DNA of 64,000 nt from an uncultured Eubacteriales bacterium (GCA_934489945.1 CAKSSY010000001.1:12044-76043), one strand, 5' to 3'. Counted from the first letter of the stretch, positions 8,507-17,366 are shown. Notes: generated from the letters alone by a model not told the origin. Numbers and translations are program-made.

Positions 8507-9460
8507 ATGACGTACGACGATCGTTTGATGATTCCCACGCAGGATCAGAAGGGTGACAAGGGAGATTTTCATGACATTTTGTTGTTTGACGGTGAAGGCA
8601 GATTTCTGACGCGTTCGACTTCCGATATTCCGACTTTGAAAAAGGAAAACTTTTTTGATCTTTTGTCAGGTGAGGAACAGAAATTCTTTCATATGTGGAG
8701 CCGCCTGTTTTCGACGGGAAGTCTCCTGTTGGATACTTCTCGCGGAATGGCACTCGTATTCTGCCGGCTTTACCCGACAACGGGCGTTTTTGTGGCAATC
8801 ATGTTTCATACAAGCCGCGAAGCTATGCGTCATTTCTGGCAGAACGGAGTCTTGGACAACACTCGTGTTTCTCCGCAACTTGTCGCCAAGACACCTCCTC
8901 GTAAGGAGGGGAGACAAGAAGAAATCTGTATGATTGAGAAAAAACTCGGAGTTTGTGCGGAGATTTTTGATCTGGCTTCGTATTCGGTTTCTGAAATCAA
9001 AGGGCGGCAATTTCTTTCTTTGCTCTCACGGAGTGCCCGTGCCATCGCTCGTGCATTCGGTTGCGGGTATGTTCTCCGCGAAGAGTCGGCGGTGCTTCCT
9101 GCTGACGGATATGTATTCAGTCTGCCGTCCTTTTTTGCGATTTTGTCCTGTTTATTGTCCTGCGTCCGCCTTTACGGGGCAGAGTACGATGTTCCGCAGA
9201 TGTCTTTGCGAGAGGAGGATGGCAGAATCGTCTTGCTTTTAAAAGCACAGATCAAAGGTTACAAGGACAAACCGAGCTATACGATTCGATTTGACTATCC
9301 CGAGTTTGAAGCCTGTCGTACAATTGCTTCGCGCCACGATTTTATATTGGAAATCGGGCTGCAACCCGCGGGGGAAACCGCGACACTGTCGGTTCGTTTT
9401 TCTCCCGAATATCGTGATCCCGCGGTTTTCGGGTTGAAAAGTCCTCTTCGTTTTCAATAA
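8507..9460 (+). CDS. Hypothetical protein (317 aa), no family recognised
   Basis: Long uninterrupted ORF with native-like composition, its own promoter and a downstream terminator. No signal peptide or TM segment. No motif I can name. Confidence 0.5.
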   Translation: MTYDDRLMIPTQDQKGDKGDFHDILLFDGEGRFLTRSTSDIPTLKKENFFDLLSGEEQKFFHMWSRLFSTGSLLLDTSRGMALVFCRLYPTTGVFVAIMFHTSREAMRHFWQNGVLDNTRVSPQLVAKTPPRKEGRQEEICMIEKKLGVCAEIFDLASYSVSEIKGRQFLSLLSRSARAIARAFGCGYVLREESAVLPADGYVFSLPSFFAILSCLLSCVRLYGAEYDVPQMSLREEDGRIVLLLKAQIKGYKDKPSYTIRFDYPEFEACRTIASRHDFILEIGLQPAGETATLSVRFSPEYRDPAVFGLKSPLRFQ

Positions 9461-9519
9461 CGAAAGAATACGGTTTGGGAAAACCGGTTTATCTGTTGAT
9501 GATATTCTTAGAAAGAAAA

Positions 9520-9565
9520 AACAAATCCGGGCGATTTCGATAAAAGAAATCGCCCGGATTTGTTT
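9520..9565. terminator. Bidirectional hairpin terminator
   Basis: AACAAATCCGGGCGATTTC..GAAATCGCCCGGATTTGTT perfect stem between ORF 8507..9460 and the convergent tRNA genes. T/A runs on both sides. Confidence 0.6.
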
Positions 9566-9569
9566 CGTT

Positions 9570-9645
9570 TGGTGACCCGTACGGGAATCGAACCCATGTT
9601 ACAGCCGTGAAAGGGCCGTGTCTTAACCGCTTGACCAACGGGCCA
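9570..9645 (-). tRNA. tRNA-Glu (UUC)
   Basis: Reverse complement GGCCCGTTGGTCAAGCGGTTAAGACACGGCCCTTTCACGGCTGTAACATGGGTTCGATTCCCGTACGGGTCACCA folds as a cloverleaf. Anticodon loop is CTTTCAC and CCA is encoded. Confidence 0.9.
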
Positions 9646-9722
9646 TGGTAGCGGGAATTGGATTTGAACCCATGACCTACCGGGTATGAACCGGTTGCTC
9701 TAGCCAGCTGAGCTATCCCGCC
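9646..9722 (-). tRNA. tRNA with CAU anticodon (elongator Met-like; Ile2/lysidine type not excluded)
   Basis: Reverse complement GGCGGGATAGCTCAGCTGGCTAGAGCAACCGGTTCATACCCGGTAGGTCATGGGTTCAAATCCAATTCCCGCTACCA. Anticodon loop TTCATAC. Directly abuts tRNA-Glu. Confidence 0.8.
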
Positions 9723-9741
9723 ACGAATGGAACGCTTTGCT

Positions 9742-9770
9742 ATTATATCACGCAAATGTGTACTTGTCAA
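9742..9770 (-). promoter_or_regulatory. Consensus promoter of the tRNA-Met/Glu operon (TTGACA-N17-TATAAT)
   Basis: On the reverse strand: TTGACAagtacacatttgcgtgaTATAAT, about 20 nt upstream of the tRNA 5' end. Confidence 0.6.
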
Positions 9771-9912
9771 CCCCTTTTTTTACTTTTTTTATCTTTTTTT
9801 GATTTGTGCCGAAAAAAGGGCGGTTTGTTAAAAAAGAAACAACTTGATCGCTTTTTTGCGAAAAAACAGCCTGTTTTTTCCAAATTCTGTAGACTTCCCC
9901 CCTCCTTTGACC

Positions 9913-9941
9913 TTGCATTCATAAGGCGGCTGTGTTATAAT
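9913..9941 (+). promoter_or_regulatory. Promoter of the rnf operon (TTGCAT-N17-TATAAT with TGn extension)
   Basis: TTGCAT at 9913-9918, and TGtTATAAT ending at 9941. Confidence 0.5.
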
Positions 9942-10022
9942 ATTGTCGTAATGTTTGTGATTTGGATTTCAAAAAGGACGGCTTCCGAAGGGGAGGATCC
10001 GTCGGAAAGGTAGGCAGAGACT

Positions 10023-11381
10023 TTGGTACACACATTCAAAGGCGGTGCACATATTCGGGAATACAAGAACACCCGAGGTTGCGCAATCGAAAAGATGCCG
10101 GCTCCCGATACGGTTTCTATTCCGCTTTCTCAACACATCGGTGCTCACTGCAAGCCGGTGGTGGCGGTCGGAGATACGGTTACATACGGACAGGTGATCG
10201 GTATTGTGGAGTCGGGACTTGGCTGTCCGGTTCATGCAAGTGTTTCCGGGAAGGTGCTGGCAATCGACTCAATCAACAACGCCCACGGAACGGCAATTCA
10301 GAATATTATTATAGAAAACGACGGGAATTATACGCCGTGTCCCGATATAAAACCCTTTCCGAAATTGCTCGCAGAGACAAGTGCCGAGGAAATTGTGGAA
10401 CTTATCCGCGATGCAGGTATTTCGGGTATGGGCGGCGCGACCTTTCCGACTTATGCCAAGCTCGCCGGAGCAATCGGCAAGGTAGACAAACTTATTATTA
10501 ACTGTGCAGAGTGTGAGCCGTTTATTACGGCGAATCATCGCCTGATGCTGGAAACGCCGGAGGAAGTAATCCGGGGGGCTGAAATTCTGCGTCATGCCTT
10601 GGGGTTGTCAAGCGGCATGATTGCTGTTGAGGACAACAAACCGGATGCCATAGCTCTTCTTCGCAAAACCATTGCCGAAATGGGCAATGTGCCGCTTACG
10701 GTTGAGGAGATGAAAACCAAATATCCGCAGGGCGACGAACGTCAGCTCATGTTTGCACTGACCGGCAAGGAATTGCCGGCAGGCAAGCTCCCGGCAGACA
10801 TCGGTTGCGTGATTTTCAATGCCGAAACCAGTGCCGCCGTGGCAGTGGCGTTTTACAAGGGGACGCCTCTTGTCAAGCGAATTGTCACTGTTGACGGAGA
10901 TTGTGTCCGTACACCGAAGAATGTGCTGGCACACATCGGCACGAGTTATCTGGACCTGATACGGTATTGCGGCGGATTTGTCAAGATACCGGAAAAAATC
11001 GTAAACGGCGGTCCCATGATGGGGTTTGCTCAGTGGGACATTCATGCGCCCGTTACCAAAGGTACTTCGGCAATTCTGGTCTTTTCCAAAGCGTTTGATG
11101 ATGCAAATTCTCTTCCGGAGGAGGCTTGTATCCGCTGCGGCAGATGCGTGAAGAATTGTCCGATGCATCTGATGCCGAATTATCTTGCCTTGTATACCGA
11201 AAACAAGAAATACGACGAGGCGGCGAAAATGAATGTTATGAGTTGTGTCGAATGCGGCACCTGTTCGTATAACTGCCCGGGACAAATCCCGATTGTACAG
11301 TATATCCGGGTTGCAAAGGGTGTAATCCGTGCCGAACAGATGCGTGCGAGAGCGGCGGCGGAAGCCTCGAAAGCCAAGTAA
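10023..11381 (+). CDS. rnfC: Rnf electron-transport complex subunit C
   Basis: TTG start. SGMGGATFPTYAKL NADH/FMN region and two ferredoxin motifs, CIRCGRCVKNCP and CVECGTCSYNCP. First gene of the rnfCDGEAB order. Confidence 0.92.
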   Translation: MVHTFKGGAHIREYKNTRGCAIEKMPAPDTVSIPLSQHIGAHCKPVVAVGDTVTYGQVIGIVESGLGCPVHASVSGKVLAIDSINNAHGTAIQNIIIENDGNYTPCPDIKPFPKLLAETSAEEIVELIRDAGISGMGGATFPTYAKLAGAIGKVDKLIINCAECEPFITANHRLMLETPEEVIRGAEILRHALGLSSGMIAVEDNKPDAIALLRKTIAEMGNVPLTVEEMKTKYPQGDERQLMFALTGKELPAGKLPADIGCVIFNAETSAAVAVAFYKGTPLVKRIVTVDGDCVRTPKNVLAHIGTSYLDLIRYCGGFVKIPEKIVNGGPMMGFAQWDIHAPVTKGTSAILVFSKAFDDANSLPEEACIRCGRCVKNCPMHLMPNYLALYTENKKYDEAAKMNVMSCVECGTCSYNCPGQIPIVQYIRVAKGVIRAEQMRARAAAEASKAK

Positions 11382-11389
11382 GGAGGATT

Positions 11390-12394
11390 ATGATGAACGA
11401 TACCAAAACGGAAAATCAGAATTCTGCCGTGGAAGTTCCCGCGCTTCTTACGGTGTCTCCCTCTCCCCACATCAAGAGCGGCGTGACAACATCAAAGATC
11501 ATGCGGGATGTCATCCTTGCTTTGATACCTGCCTGCGTATGGGGAATCATGCAGTTTGGTCTCTCGGCGGCACTTCTCCTTGTTGTTAGTGTGGCTTCGG
11601 CGGTTTTCTTTGAGTGGGGAACCGAAAAGATTTTGCACCGCAAAAATTCAATCCGGGATCTTTCGGCGGTCGTTACGGGTATGCTGGTTGCTATGAATCT
11701 GCCTGCCGGTGTCCCTTTGTGGCTCCCGGTGATTGGTGCGTTTGTCGCCATTGTGGTTGTCAAGCAGCTTTTCGGAGGCATCGGCAAAAATTTTCTGAAT
11801 CCTGCGTTGGCGGCAAGAGTGTTCCTGTTTCTGTCGTGGTCGGATAAAATGGCAACCTTTCCGGCACCGCGCGGCGTGGATGCCGTGGCTTATGCCACAC
11901 CTCTTGCATCGCTTGCCGAAAACGGGGAAGCCGGGGCTTCGGTGTTGGAAATGTTTCTCGGCAAAACGGGTGGCTGTATCGGAGAGGTTTCGGCTCTTTT
12001 GCTGATTCTCGGCGGGATTTATCTTCTGGTTCGCAAGGTAATCTCCTGGCATATTCCCGTTTGTTATCTCGGAACGGTGGCACTTCTTACATTTCTTCTG
12101 CCGAAGAGCGGCGGTGCTTTCAATGTGACATATATGCTCACGCAACTTTTCTCGGGAGGACTGATGCTCGGCGCGATCTTTATGGCTACCGATTATGTCA
12201 CTTGTCCGATTACAAAACGCGGACGTGTGATTTTTGCCGTTGGCTGTGGTCTGATTACGGTTCTTTTCCGCTATTACAGCAGTTATCCGGAGGGAGTTTC
12301 TTTTTCCATCTTGGTTATGAACTCCCTGGTCTGGTATATTGACAGGTTGACGAAGCCGCGCGTGTTCGGAGGTGCAAAGCATGGAAACAAATAA
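11390..12394 (+). CDS. rnfD: Rnf complex subunit D
   Basis: Polytopic membrane protein with SPSPHI and FNPALAARVFL motifs and GLMLGAIFMATDYVT (FMN-binding Thr region). Confidence 0.92.
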   Translation: MMNDTKTENQNSAVEVPALLTVSPSPHIKSGVTTSKIMRDVILALIPACVWGIMQFGLSAALLLVVSVASAVFFEWGTEKILHRKNSIRDLSAVVTGMLVAMNLPAGVPLWLPVIGAFVAIVVVKQLFGGIGKNFLNPALAARVFLFLSWSDKMATFPAPRGVDAVAYATPLASLAENGEAGASVLEMFLGKTGGCIGEVSALLLILGGIYLLVRKVISWHIPVCYLGTVALLTFLLPKSGGAFNVTYMLTQLFSGGLMLGAIFMATDYVTCPITKRGRVIFAVGCGLITVLFRYYSSYPEGVSFSILVMNSLVWYIDRLTKPRVFGGAKHGNK

Positions 12395-12956
12395 GAATAC
12401 CGCAAGAACGGCACTCATCGTCGGACTTAAGCTCCTGTTGATTTGCGCTGTGGTAGCGGGAGTGGTGTCTTTTGTCTACTCTGTGACGATTGACGCCTAC
12501 AATCAAAATCTGGAAAATGAAATCAGAAAGTCGATTTCGACAATCTTTGACGCTTCCGAAGCCGATGTGATTGACTATACGTCGGATTCTGTTGAGGACT
12601 CCGACATCAAGGCATTCTATACCGTTACCAAGAACGGAGAGACGGTGGGTTATTGCGTAAATGTCATCGGAAAGGGCTTCGGCGGTGAGATCAGTCTTAT
12701 GGTCGGCTATCATGCGGACGGAACCATCCGCGGTGTGTCGGTGGTTTCACACTCCGAAACCGCAGGCGTCGGTGAAAAAGCAATGAAAGAAGAGTATCTG
12801 AAGCAATACACCGGACTTTCCGGTATGATTACGGTATCCAAAGGAACCGGTACCGATGTGACGGCAATCTCCGGGGCGACGATCTCTTCAAAAGCAATCA
12901 ATGCGGCGATGAACCGTGCAAACGAGTTTCTTAGGAACCGGGGGGTGGCAGGATGA
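12381..12956 (+). CDS. rnfG: Rnf complex subunit G (FMN-binding)
   Basis: N-terminal TM segment plus the SGATISSKAI covalent-FMN motif. ATG at 12381 lies 6 nt after GGAGGTG and overlaps the rnfD end. Confidence 0.88.
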   Translation: METNKNTARTALIVGLKLLLICAVVAGVVSFVYSVTIDAYNQNLENEIRKSISTIFDASEADVIDYTSDSVEDSDIKAFYTVTKNGETVGYCVNVIGKGFGGEISLMVGYHADGTIRGVSVVSHSETAGVGEKAMKEEYLKQYTGLSGMITVSKGTGTDVTAISGATISSKAINAAMNRANEFLRNRGVAG

Positions 12957-13639
12957 AAAAGAACGGTTTTTTGCAGCAGATGAGAGAGGGACTCCTTGAC
13001 AATAATCCGACTTTGGTACAGCTTCTCGGAATGTGCCCGACTCTTGCAACCACCACATCGGTGAAAAATGCAATAGGGATGGGACTGGCGGCAACGGTGG
13101 TTCTTATCTGTTCCAATGTGTTTATTTCGCTTTTGCGGAAATTTATCCCGAAACAAGTGCGTATTGCGGCTTTTATTGTGATTGTTTCCGGCTTTGTTAC
13201 CGCGGTCGAACTTGCCATGCGGGCGTATTTCTATTCGTTATATCAGGCTCTCGGACTCTTTATTCCGCTGATCGTGGTCAATTGCATTATTCTTGCACGT
13301 GCCGAGGCATTTGCTTCCCGAAACAAGGTGATTCCGTCCGCTGTGGACGGGCTTGCGATGGGACTCGGTTTTACTTTTGCACTTACGGTTATTTCCACGA
13401 TTCGTGAGATTCTCGGTGCCGGTACTTTCTGCGGTATCGATCTGTTTGGTGGGCATTTCAGTCCGGTTATGATCCTCGTTTCGCCTCCCGGTGCGTTCCT
13501 GACACTTGGATGTGTCATTGCGGTCGTGCAGAAGATACGGAACAAGGCAGAGGACAAAAAAAGATTGGAAAAACTCGGTCAGGTCGAGTTTTCGGAGTCT
13601 TCCGAAATCATCTGTGACAAGGAGGAGACGAACGTATGA
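12953..13639 (+). CDS. rnfE: Rnf complex subunit E
   Basis: NNPTLVQLLGMCPTLATT and LFIPLIVVNCIILARAEAFA motifs. 4-nt overlap with rnfG. Confidence 0.92.
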   Translation: MKKNGFLQQMREGLLDNNPTLVQLLGMCPTLATTTSVKNAIGMGLAATVVLICSNVFISLLRKFIPKQVRIAAFIVIVSGFVTAVELAMRAYFYSLYQALGLFIPLIVVNCIILARAEAFASRNKVIPSAVDGLAMGLGFTFALTVISTIREILGAGTFCGIDLFGGHFSPVMILVSPPGAFLTLGCVIAVVQKIRNKAEDKKRLEKLGQVEFSESSEIICDKEETNV

Positions 13640-14217
13640 GTTTTGGCGAAGTTTTATTGATGATGTTCGGCGCGGTTTTGGTTGAAAATTTTATTTTCGC
13701 CAAATTTTACGGTTGTTGTCCTTTTCTCGGAGTCTCCGAAAAGCCGGACACGGCGTTCGGTATGGGAATGGCGGTTACTTTTGTTATCACAATCTCCAGC
13801 GCGTTTACATGGCTTGTTTATCGGATTCTGGTCCTGTTTCATCTTGAATATTTTAAGACGATTGCGTTTATTCTGGTGATCGCGGCTCTGGTTCAACTGA
13901 TTGAAATGTTTCTGCGTCGGTTTATTCCCGCACTTTACAGTGCCCTCGGAATCTATCTGCCGCTGATTACCACCAACTGTGCGGTTTTGAGTTCCGCGCT
14001 TCTCAACATTCAGAATGAATACAACTTTATTGAATCGGTGTGCTTCGGGTTCGCTGCGGCACTCGGTTTCACACTTGCCATTGTGGTTTTTGCCGGAGTA
14101 CGCATGAGACTTTCCGTCGCCAAGCCTCCGCGCGCCTTCCGCGGCTTTCCGATGACGCTGATTGCGGCGGGATTGCTTGCCATGGCATTCTCGGGCTTTA
14201 CAAGCCTCAGCTTCTGA
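13636..14217 (+). CDS. rnfA: Rnf complex subunit A
   Basis: FLGVSEKPDTAFGMG and IYLPLITTNCAVL motifs. 4-nt overlap with rnfE. Confidence 0.92.
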   Translation: MSFGEVLLMMFGAVLVENFIFAKFYGCCPFLGVSEKPDTAFGMGMAVTFVITISSAFTWLVYRILVLFHLEYFKTIAFILVIAALVQLIEMFLRRFIPALYSALGIYLPLITTNCAVLSSALLNIQNEYNFIESVCFGFAAALGFTLAIVVFAGVRMRLSVAKPPRAFRGFPMTLIAAGLLAMAFSGFTSLSF

Positions 14218-14227
14218 GGAGGAAAAT

Positions 14228-15073
14228 ATGAATATTACGGATGTTTTGATTCCCGTTGGAATCTTTGCGGCTTTGGGGTTGCTTTTCGGCGTCATACTGG
14301 CGGTTGCTTCCAAAATTTTTGAAGTCAAGGTGGATGAACGTGTACCGAAGGTGCTGGACTGTTTGCCGGGCGCGAACTGCGGCGGATGCGGCTTTTCGGG
14401 CTGTGCGGCACTTGCCGAGGCGATTGTAAAGGGGGAAGCCAAGCCCAATGCCTGCACAGTCGGCGGCAATGACGCGGCAAAGAAGATCGGGGCTATTATG
14501 GGAGTCGAGGTCGGAGAAAGCGTGCGGATGCGTGCACAGGTTATGTGTTCCGGCACTTCGGAATTTGCCAAAAAGAAATATATCTATGCCGGGGCGAAAG
14601 ACTGTATCTCTGCCACCAAGTTGGCGGGAGGAGATAAACTGTGTCCGAACGGTTGTGTAGGACTCGGAACTTGTGTTGCCGCTTGTCCGTTCGGTGCGAT
14701 TGAGGTTGTGAACGGAGTTGCCGTGGTCGATTATAAAAAGTGCGAGGGATGCGGTGTCTGTACGCATGCCTGTCCGAAGGGAATCATCAAGCTGATTCCG
14801 TACAACAGCCGCCATTGGGTGGGGTGTATGTCAGTGGAAAAGGGTGCGGTGACACGCAAACAGTGCGATGTTGGTTGCATCAGTTGCAAGATGTGCGAAA
14901 AGGCGTGTGAGTACGGTGCTATCAAGGTGACGGATTTTGTTGCCGCCATGGATTATGCCAAGTGTGTCGGCTGTGACAAGTGCGTGGAGAAATGCCCGCG
15001 CCATATTATCTGGTCTGCGGGGGCGCAGGACGGACACATGGTGATTACGCGCGAAAAGCTGATTCAAAAATAA
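14228..15073 (+). CDS. rnfB: Rnf complex subunit B (polyferredoxin)
   Basis: MNITDVLIPVG TM anchor, CGGCGFSGC motif and several CxxCxxCxxxCP clusters. ATG at 14228 follows GAGGAGG; the listed ORF is over-extended. Confidence 0.9.
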   Translation: MNITDVLIPVGIFAALGLLFGVILAVASKIFEVKVDERVPKVLDCLPGANCGGCGFSGCAALAEAIVKGEAKPNACTVGGNDAAKKIGAIMGVEVGESVRMRAQVMCSGTSEFAKKKYIYAGAKDCISATKLAGGDKLCPNGCVGLGTCVAACPFGAIEVVNGVAVVDYKKCEGCGVCTHACPKGIIKLIPYNSRHWVGCMSVEKGAVTRKQCDVGCISCKMCEKACEYGAIKVTDFVAAMDYAKCVGCDKCVEKCPRHIIWSAGAQDGHMVITREKLIQK

Positions 15074-15082
15074 TGAAAAAAA

Positions 15083-15284
15083 GGGGTGTAAAAAAACTCA
15101 TTTTGAGTTTTTTTACACCCCCGACGATTTTGGTCTCGGCGGCTGAAAGCCGCCGTTTTGCCACCAAGAAATGCGAAAAGACAAAGTCACAGAGGCAAAA
15201 ACAACCAAGATCGCCTCCAAAATGCCGGACGGGATTCCGGCATTTTGGAGGAGCTGTTAAAAACATCGAGTTTTTAACAGCTCC
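15083..15284 (-). repeat. Four-hairpin intergenic repeat element, copy 2 (full length, inverted relative to copy 1)
   Basis: Module order H4-H3-spacer-H2-H1 on the + strand. The spacer CACAGAGGCAAAAACAACCAAGATCGCCTCC equals the reverse complement of the copy 1 spacer. About 85% identity by eye. Confidence 0.8.
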
Positions 15285-15397
15285 TTTTGGTTCTTATGGT
15301 TTGAAACGCTTGTACGGGAAGACATTTTGGCGAAGCCGTCAATTCACGGGCGCACTTTTACGGGAGGGGGTAAGTCTTCCCGTGATCGTCATACTCA

Positions 15398-16495
15398 CTA
15401 TAAGAGAAGCGGCGAAAGCTCATAAAAGGTTCTTTGAAAATCGGGCAGGTGGCGGTTGGCGGCAATGGCATAAAAACCGCTGTGTTCGACAAAACGGTAC
15501 GCCTCAGCCATCAAGTCGACAAGATCATCAAGAGAATGGCTTTCCATCATGCCGAAAACACAAATGAATCGCAGAAGTGCCACCGAAAAGAGAAGGGAAG
15601 AAAATGCGACGGCTGGAGAACCGGCATCGGCTATGTAAGGAAACCCTTCAAAAATCATGTGATTGACGATGAGTTTTTCGGCGTAATCCTCAATATGAGG
15701 AAAGGCGTTGCAGAGATGCTGTTTTGCAATCTTGAATTTTTCGTATGCTTCGTCGTCCCCGCAATCGCCGAGAAGTGTCAATGCCTTTCCACCGCAGTCA
15801 CCGATACTGCGGCTTTTTTGACGGATTGTCAGAATAAAAGCACGTATTGCATGAATGGCAGAGGCTCCTGTGCAGTCATGAACGTTGTCGGCAACGGGCG
15901 AATTTTCCGGATCGCCGATAAAGTCACATAGATTTTCCAACCGTTTGCAGAGCGGCAGTGCCCGATTTTCCATCAATCGAATGGCTTCTTTACGTACAAG
16001 ATCCTTGGTATCGTTCGCATCATAGATCTTGATGCCGTCAAACGGAAGCCTGATATTGACGGGTTGCATTCTGAGCGGTTCGGTGGTTTCAATCAGCAAT
16101 TCGATGGTTCTCTCACAACTGTTTGACATACAGATCTCGGTTTTGTCACCGTAACGTTTGACCGAGCGCGGGTAGACGCGGCAGATAAGCGGAAGAGCTT
16201 CTTCCCCCTGTTCCTTTTGCAACAGGCAATAGCCATCCGTGTCAAGCATGGGACAATTGCCGTTATAATCCGGATTGATACGCGCAAAATGTTCCGGTTC
16301 GCCAAGCGGAAGAATTTCAAAGGCACAATCAAGACGGTGCCGCAAGGTATTTCCGCATTCGATGCCGAGAAGTGTATAGTATTCTTTTTCGGAAAGTGTG
16401 ACACCCCAACCGTTGCAACAAACGCGGCGGCATTTATCGCATTTGCAGGCAAATTTTCCAATGTAGTCGGGAGCGGTTACAGAATTTGTATTCGT
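15398..16495 (-). CDS. FliB/YkgJ-family Cys-rich protein (flagellin lysine-N-methylase-like); N-terminus lacks a canonical start
   Basis: The canonical-start ORF is 15398..16345 (TTG). The in-frame upstream 50 codons encode the family signature APDYIGKFACKCDKCRRVCCNGWGVTLSEKEYYTL. GGAGG sits 8 nt before an ACG codon at 16495. Confidence 0.6.
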   Translation of the reverse strand, partial: TNTNSVTAPDYIGKFACKCDKCRRVCCNGWGVTLSEKEYYTLLGIECGNTLRHRLDCAFEILPLGEPEHFARINPDYNGNCPMLDTDGYCLLQKEQGEEALPLICRVYPRSVKRYGDKTEICMSNSCERTIELLIETTEPLRMQPVNIRLPFDGIKIYDANDTKDLVRKEAIRLMENRALPLCKRLENLCDFIGDPENSPVADNVHDCTGASAIHAIRAFILTIRQKSRSIGDCGGKALTLLGDCGDDEAYEKFKIAKQHLCNAFPHIEDYAEKLIVNHMIFEGFPYIADAGSPAVAFSSLLFSVALLRFICVFGMMESHSLDDLVDLMAEAYRFVEHSGFYAIAANRHLPDFQRTFYELSPLLL

Positions 16496-16719
16496 ATTTT
16501 TTTCCTCCGCAGCAAAGATGGTTTTGGATATCCGGAGTTACGGATACCTTCTCAATCTGTATTTTTATTATAAACCTGTTTTTTATATCGGGAAAAACTT
16601 TTTCAAAATAAAATGTGAATTTTGAAAAGCGGAAAAAGTTTCGATGTCCTCTTGAAAAATCCGCCAATCTATGTTACACTTATTTCTGTGAAACGCATAT
16701 GCGGAACAGGAGAAAAATC

Positions 16720-17148
16720 ATGAGGATTTTATTGATAGACGGGCAAGGCGGAAAAATGGGGAGAGAGCTTGCGGGGCAGATTCTTGCCCGCTATCCGGAT
16801 GTCAGTCTGACCGTGGTGGGAACCAACAGCACCGCGACTGCTGCCATGCTTAAGAGCGGAGTCGGATTGGGGGCAACGGGCGAAAATGCGGTGGTCGTCG
16901 GATGCCGCACGGCAAATGTGATCGTCGGACCGGTTGGCATTGTGATTGCCGATTCCATGCTCGGCGAAATCACACCCGGAATGGCACTTGCCGTGGCACA
17001 AAGTACGGCGGAAAAAATCCTGATTCCCGCAAACCGATGTGGAGTTTATATTGCCGGAATGAACAGACAAACGATTTCGGAGCTGATTGCGGATGCTGTT
17101 GGAAAAATCGGGGAGCTTTACGTCGAAAAATGCGGGGAAAAACGTTGA
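16720..17148 (+). CDS. DUF3842-like protein (family name from memory)
   Basis: MRILLIDGQGGKMGRELAGQIL N-terminus. ATG at 16720 follows AGGAGAAAAA. 142 aa. Confidence 0.55.
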   Translation: MRILLIDGQGGKMGRELAGQILARYPDVSLTVVGTNSTATAAMLKSGVGLGATGENAVVVGCRTANVIVGPVGIVIADSMLGEITPGMALAVAQSTAEKILIPANRCGVYIAGMNRQTISELIADAVGKIGELYVEKCGEKR

Positions 17149-17173
17149 CGGATAACACTTTTTCTGCTATAAT
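17145..17173 (+). promoter_or_regulatory. Promoter (TTGACG-N17-TATAAT) upstream of the Fe/B12-type ABC operon
   Basis: TTGACG at 17145-17150 overlaps the DUF3842 stop. TATAAT at 17168-17173. Leaves a leader of about 180 nt before the permease start. Confidence 0.4.
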
Positions 17174-17366
17174 AAAGAAAACCTCATGGAGGCGTTTTTG
17201 ATCCGATTGCCATATTCAAAAGAAAAACACAGGTTTTTCTTCGCGGCAGAAGCCGTCGGCGGTTGTGTGAATGCAATTTTTGAATCCATATCTGTAAAAT
17301 CATGCCAAAAGGCGTATACTTTTCAGAAGAAAAAGTACACGTCTTTTTTTCTTGAAAGTGGGAAAT

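Noticed and set aside
9489-9770. 93-aa reverse-strand ORF
   Set aside because: It spans the tRNA-Glu and tRNA-Met genes and their promoter and terminator, so it is an artefact.
17174-17351. Possible cobalamin riboswitch in the leader of the Fe/B12-type ABC operon
   Set aside because: No B12 box (GCCACTG-like core) or other conserved cobalamin-riboswitch segment could be found by eye. It is kept only as an unexplained long leader.
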